From Macrostomum lignano (Eukaryota): a DNA stretch of 64,000 nucleotides. Below the pieces are notes generated by a model that did not search any database, was not told where the DNA came from, and was given only the letters and a program-made list of their open reading frames with translations. The stretch covers positions 310,001-374,000 of the forward strand of contig NIVC01000202.1 in assembly GCA_002269645.1 (NCBI GenBank), written 5' to 3'. Each line of letters begins with the position of its first letter. Within the stretch, counting starts at the first letter, position 1. Below are positions 63,205 to 64,000 of this stretch, piece after piece. The translations under genes and the position numbers were made by a program.

Positions 63205-64000
63205 AATTACATTACATTACATTACATTACAACGACGCTAGGGTCGGGGGGCGCGAGCACACGATTGCGGAAAAGAGGGGCAGGGCAGGTCGCAGCAGTC
63301 TGGGGGGGGGTCAGTCCAATTGCCTCCAGGTCGGCAACAAGTGTCTCTCGGAGCGTCTGGGTCCGCCCTTGGCCGAGGCGGAACCGTTCGGTCGGCGGGT
63401 GCAGAACGGCCAGTCCGAGCGGGTTGTCGTCGCCGCGGGCGAACCGCCGCAGGCAGTGTCCCAGCAGGGCCTGGCGACGCCGGCGGAGGGTGGTGCATGG
63501 CGCGCCAGGCCTGGGTCCTCCTGTCCACGATGACCGAATCTGGGCTCATCACGAGGGTGCCTAGGTACCGGAAGTCGCTGCACGTTGAGATGGCCTCGCC
63601 ATTGGGCAGGGTCAGCGGTGGGGCATTGTCAGCACCCACGTGTAGCACCTCCGTCTTGCCTGCGTTAATCTGCAGGCCGATCCGAGCGCCTTCCTCGGAG
63701 AGTCGAGTAAGAGCGTGCTGGGCTGCTACAGGGTCTCAGCACAGCAGCGCGATGTCATCAGCGTAGGCGAGGGCTGGGAGCGTCACGGCAGTGTGACGGG
63801 AGCTACGCTAAGGCGCGAGGACAAAGCTGTCGTCGTCTCGAAGGCAGCGGCGCAGGATGTAGTCAACAGCCAGAATGAAAAGCAGGGGAGATAGCGGGTC
63901 CCTTTGCAGCACCCCGGAAGTGGTGTCAAACTCGTCCGTAGAGCCATCGCTGGAGTCAACAAACGCCTTGGAGTTGTGGTTCAGGTCCGTAACTGCCGTC
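63205..64000 (-). mobile_element. Non-LTR retrotransposon (RTE-like) 3' end, degenerate RT, continues beyond the window
   Basis: The minus strand reads SGVLQRDPLSPLLFILAVDY..LAP*..LAYADDIALLC*..GLQINAGKTEVL..FRYLG..AWRAM, then TLRRRRQALLGHCLRR, then a (TAATG)5 tail. Confidence 0.9.

Overview
Eukaryotic (animal) genomic DNA with GC-rich exons and introns packed with minisatellites. This style suggests a free-living flatworm such as Macrostomum, which is inference only. Four spliced genes lie on the + strand, and I reconstructed each exon by exon with consistent GT-AG phases. SNW1/SKIP has 3 exons and one 1-nt frameshift that is probably an assembly error. TTC29 has 6 exons and WDR88 has 3. An HCN/Ih cyclic-nucleotide-gated channel spans about 33 kb. 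Also present are C2-domain-like orphan exons, a Tc1 remnant, an internally deleted mariner with 198-bp TIRs, two tRNA-derived SINE families, the 3' end of an RTE-like LINE, and about 25 tandem arrays. The first main observation is that the HCN gene carries three tandem 150-nt paralogous copies of the S4-S5 linker/S5 exon, a probable mutually exclusive cassette. The copies differ at a key gating arginine, and there is a candidate antisense docking element plus two candidate first exons. The second is that SNW1 intron 1 shows a directional CpG and CpA to TpA hypermutation footprint resembling fungal RIP. The third is that several intronic minisatellites are tandem copies of splice-site modules. 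All counts were made by eye.
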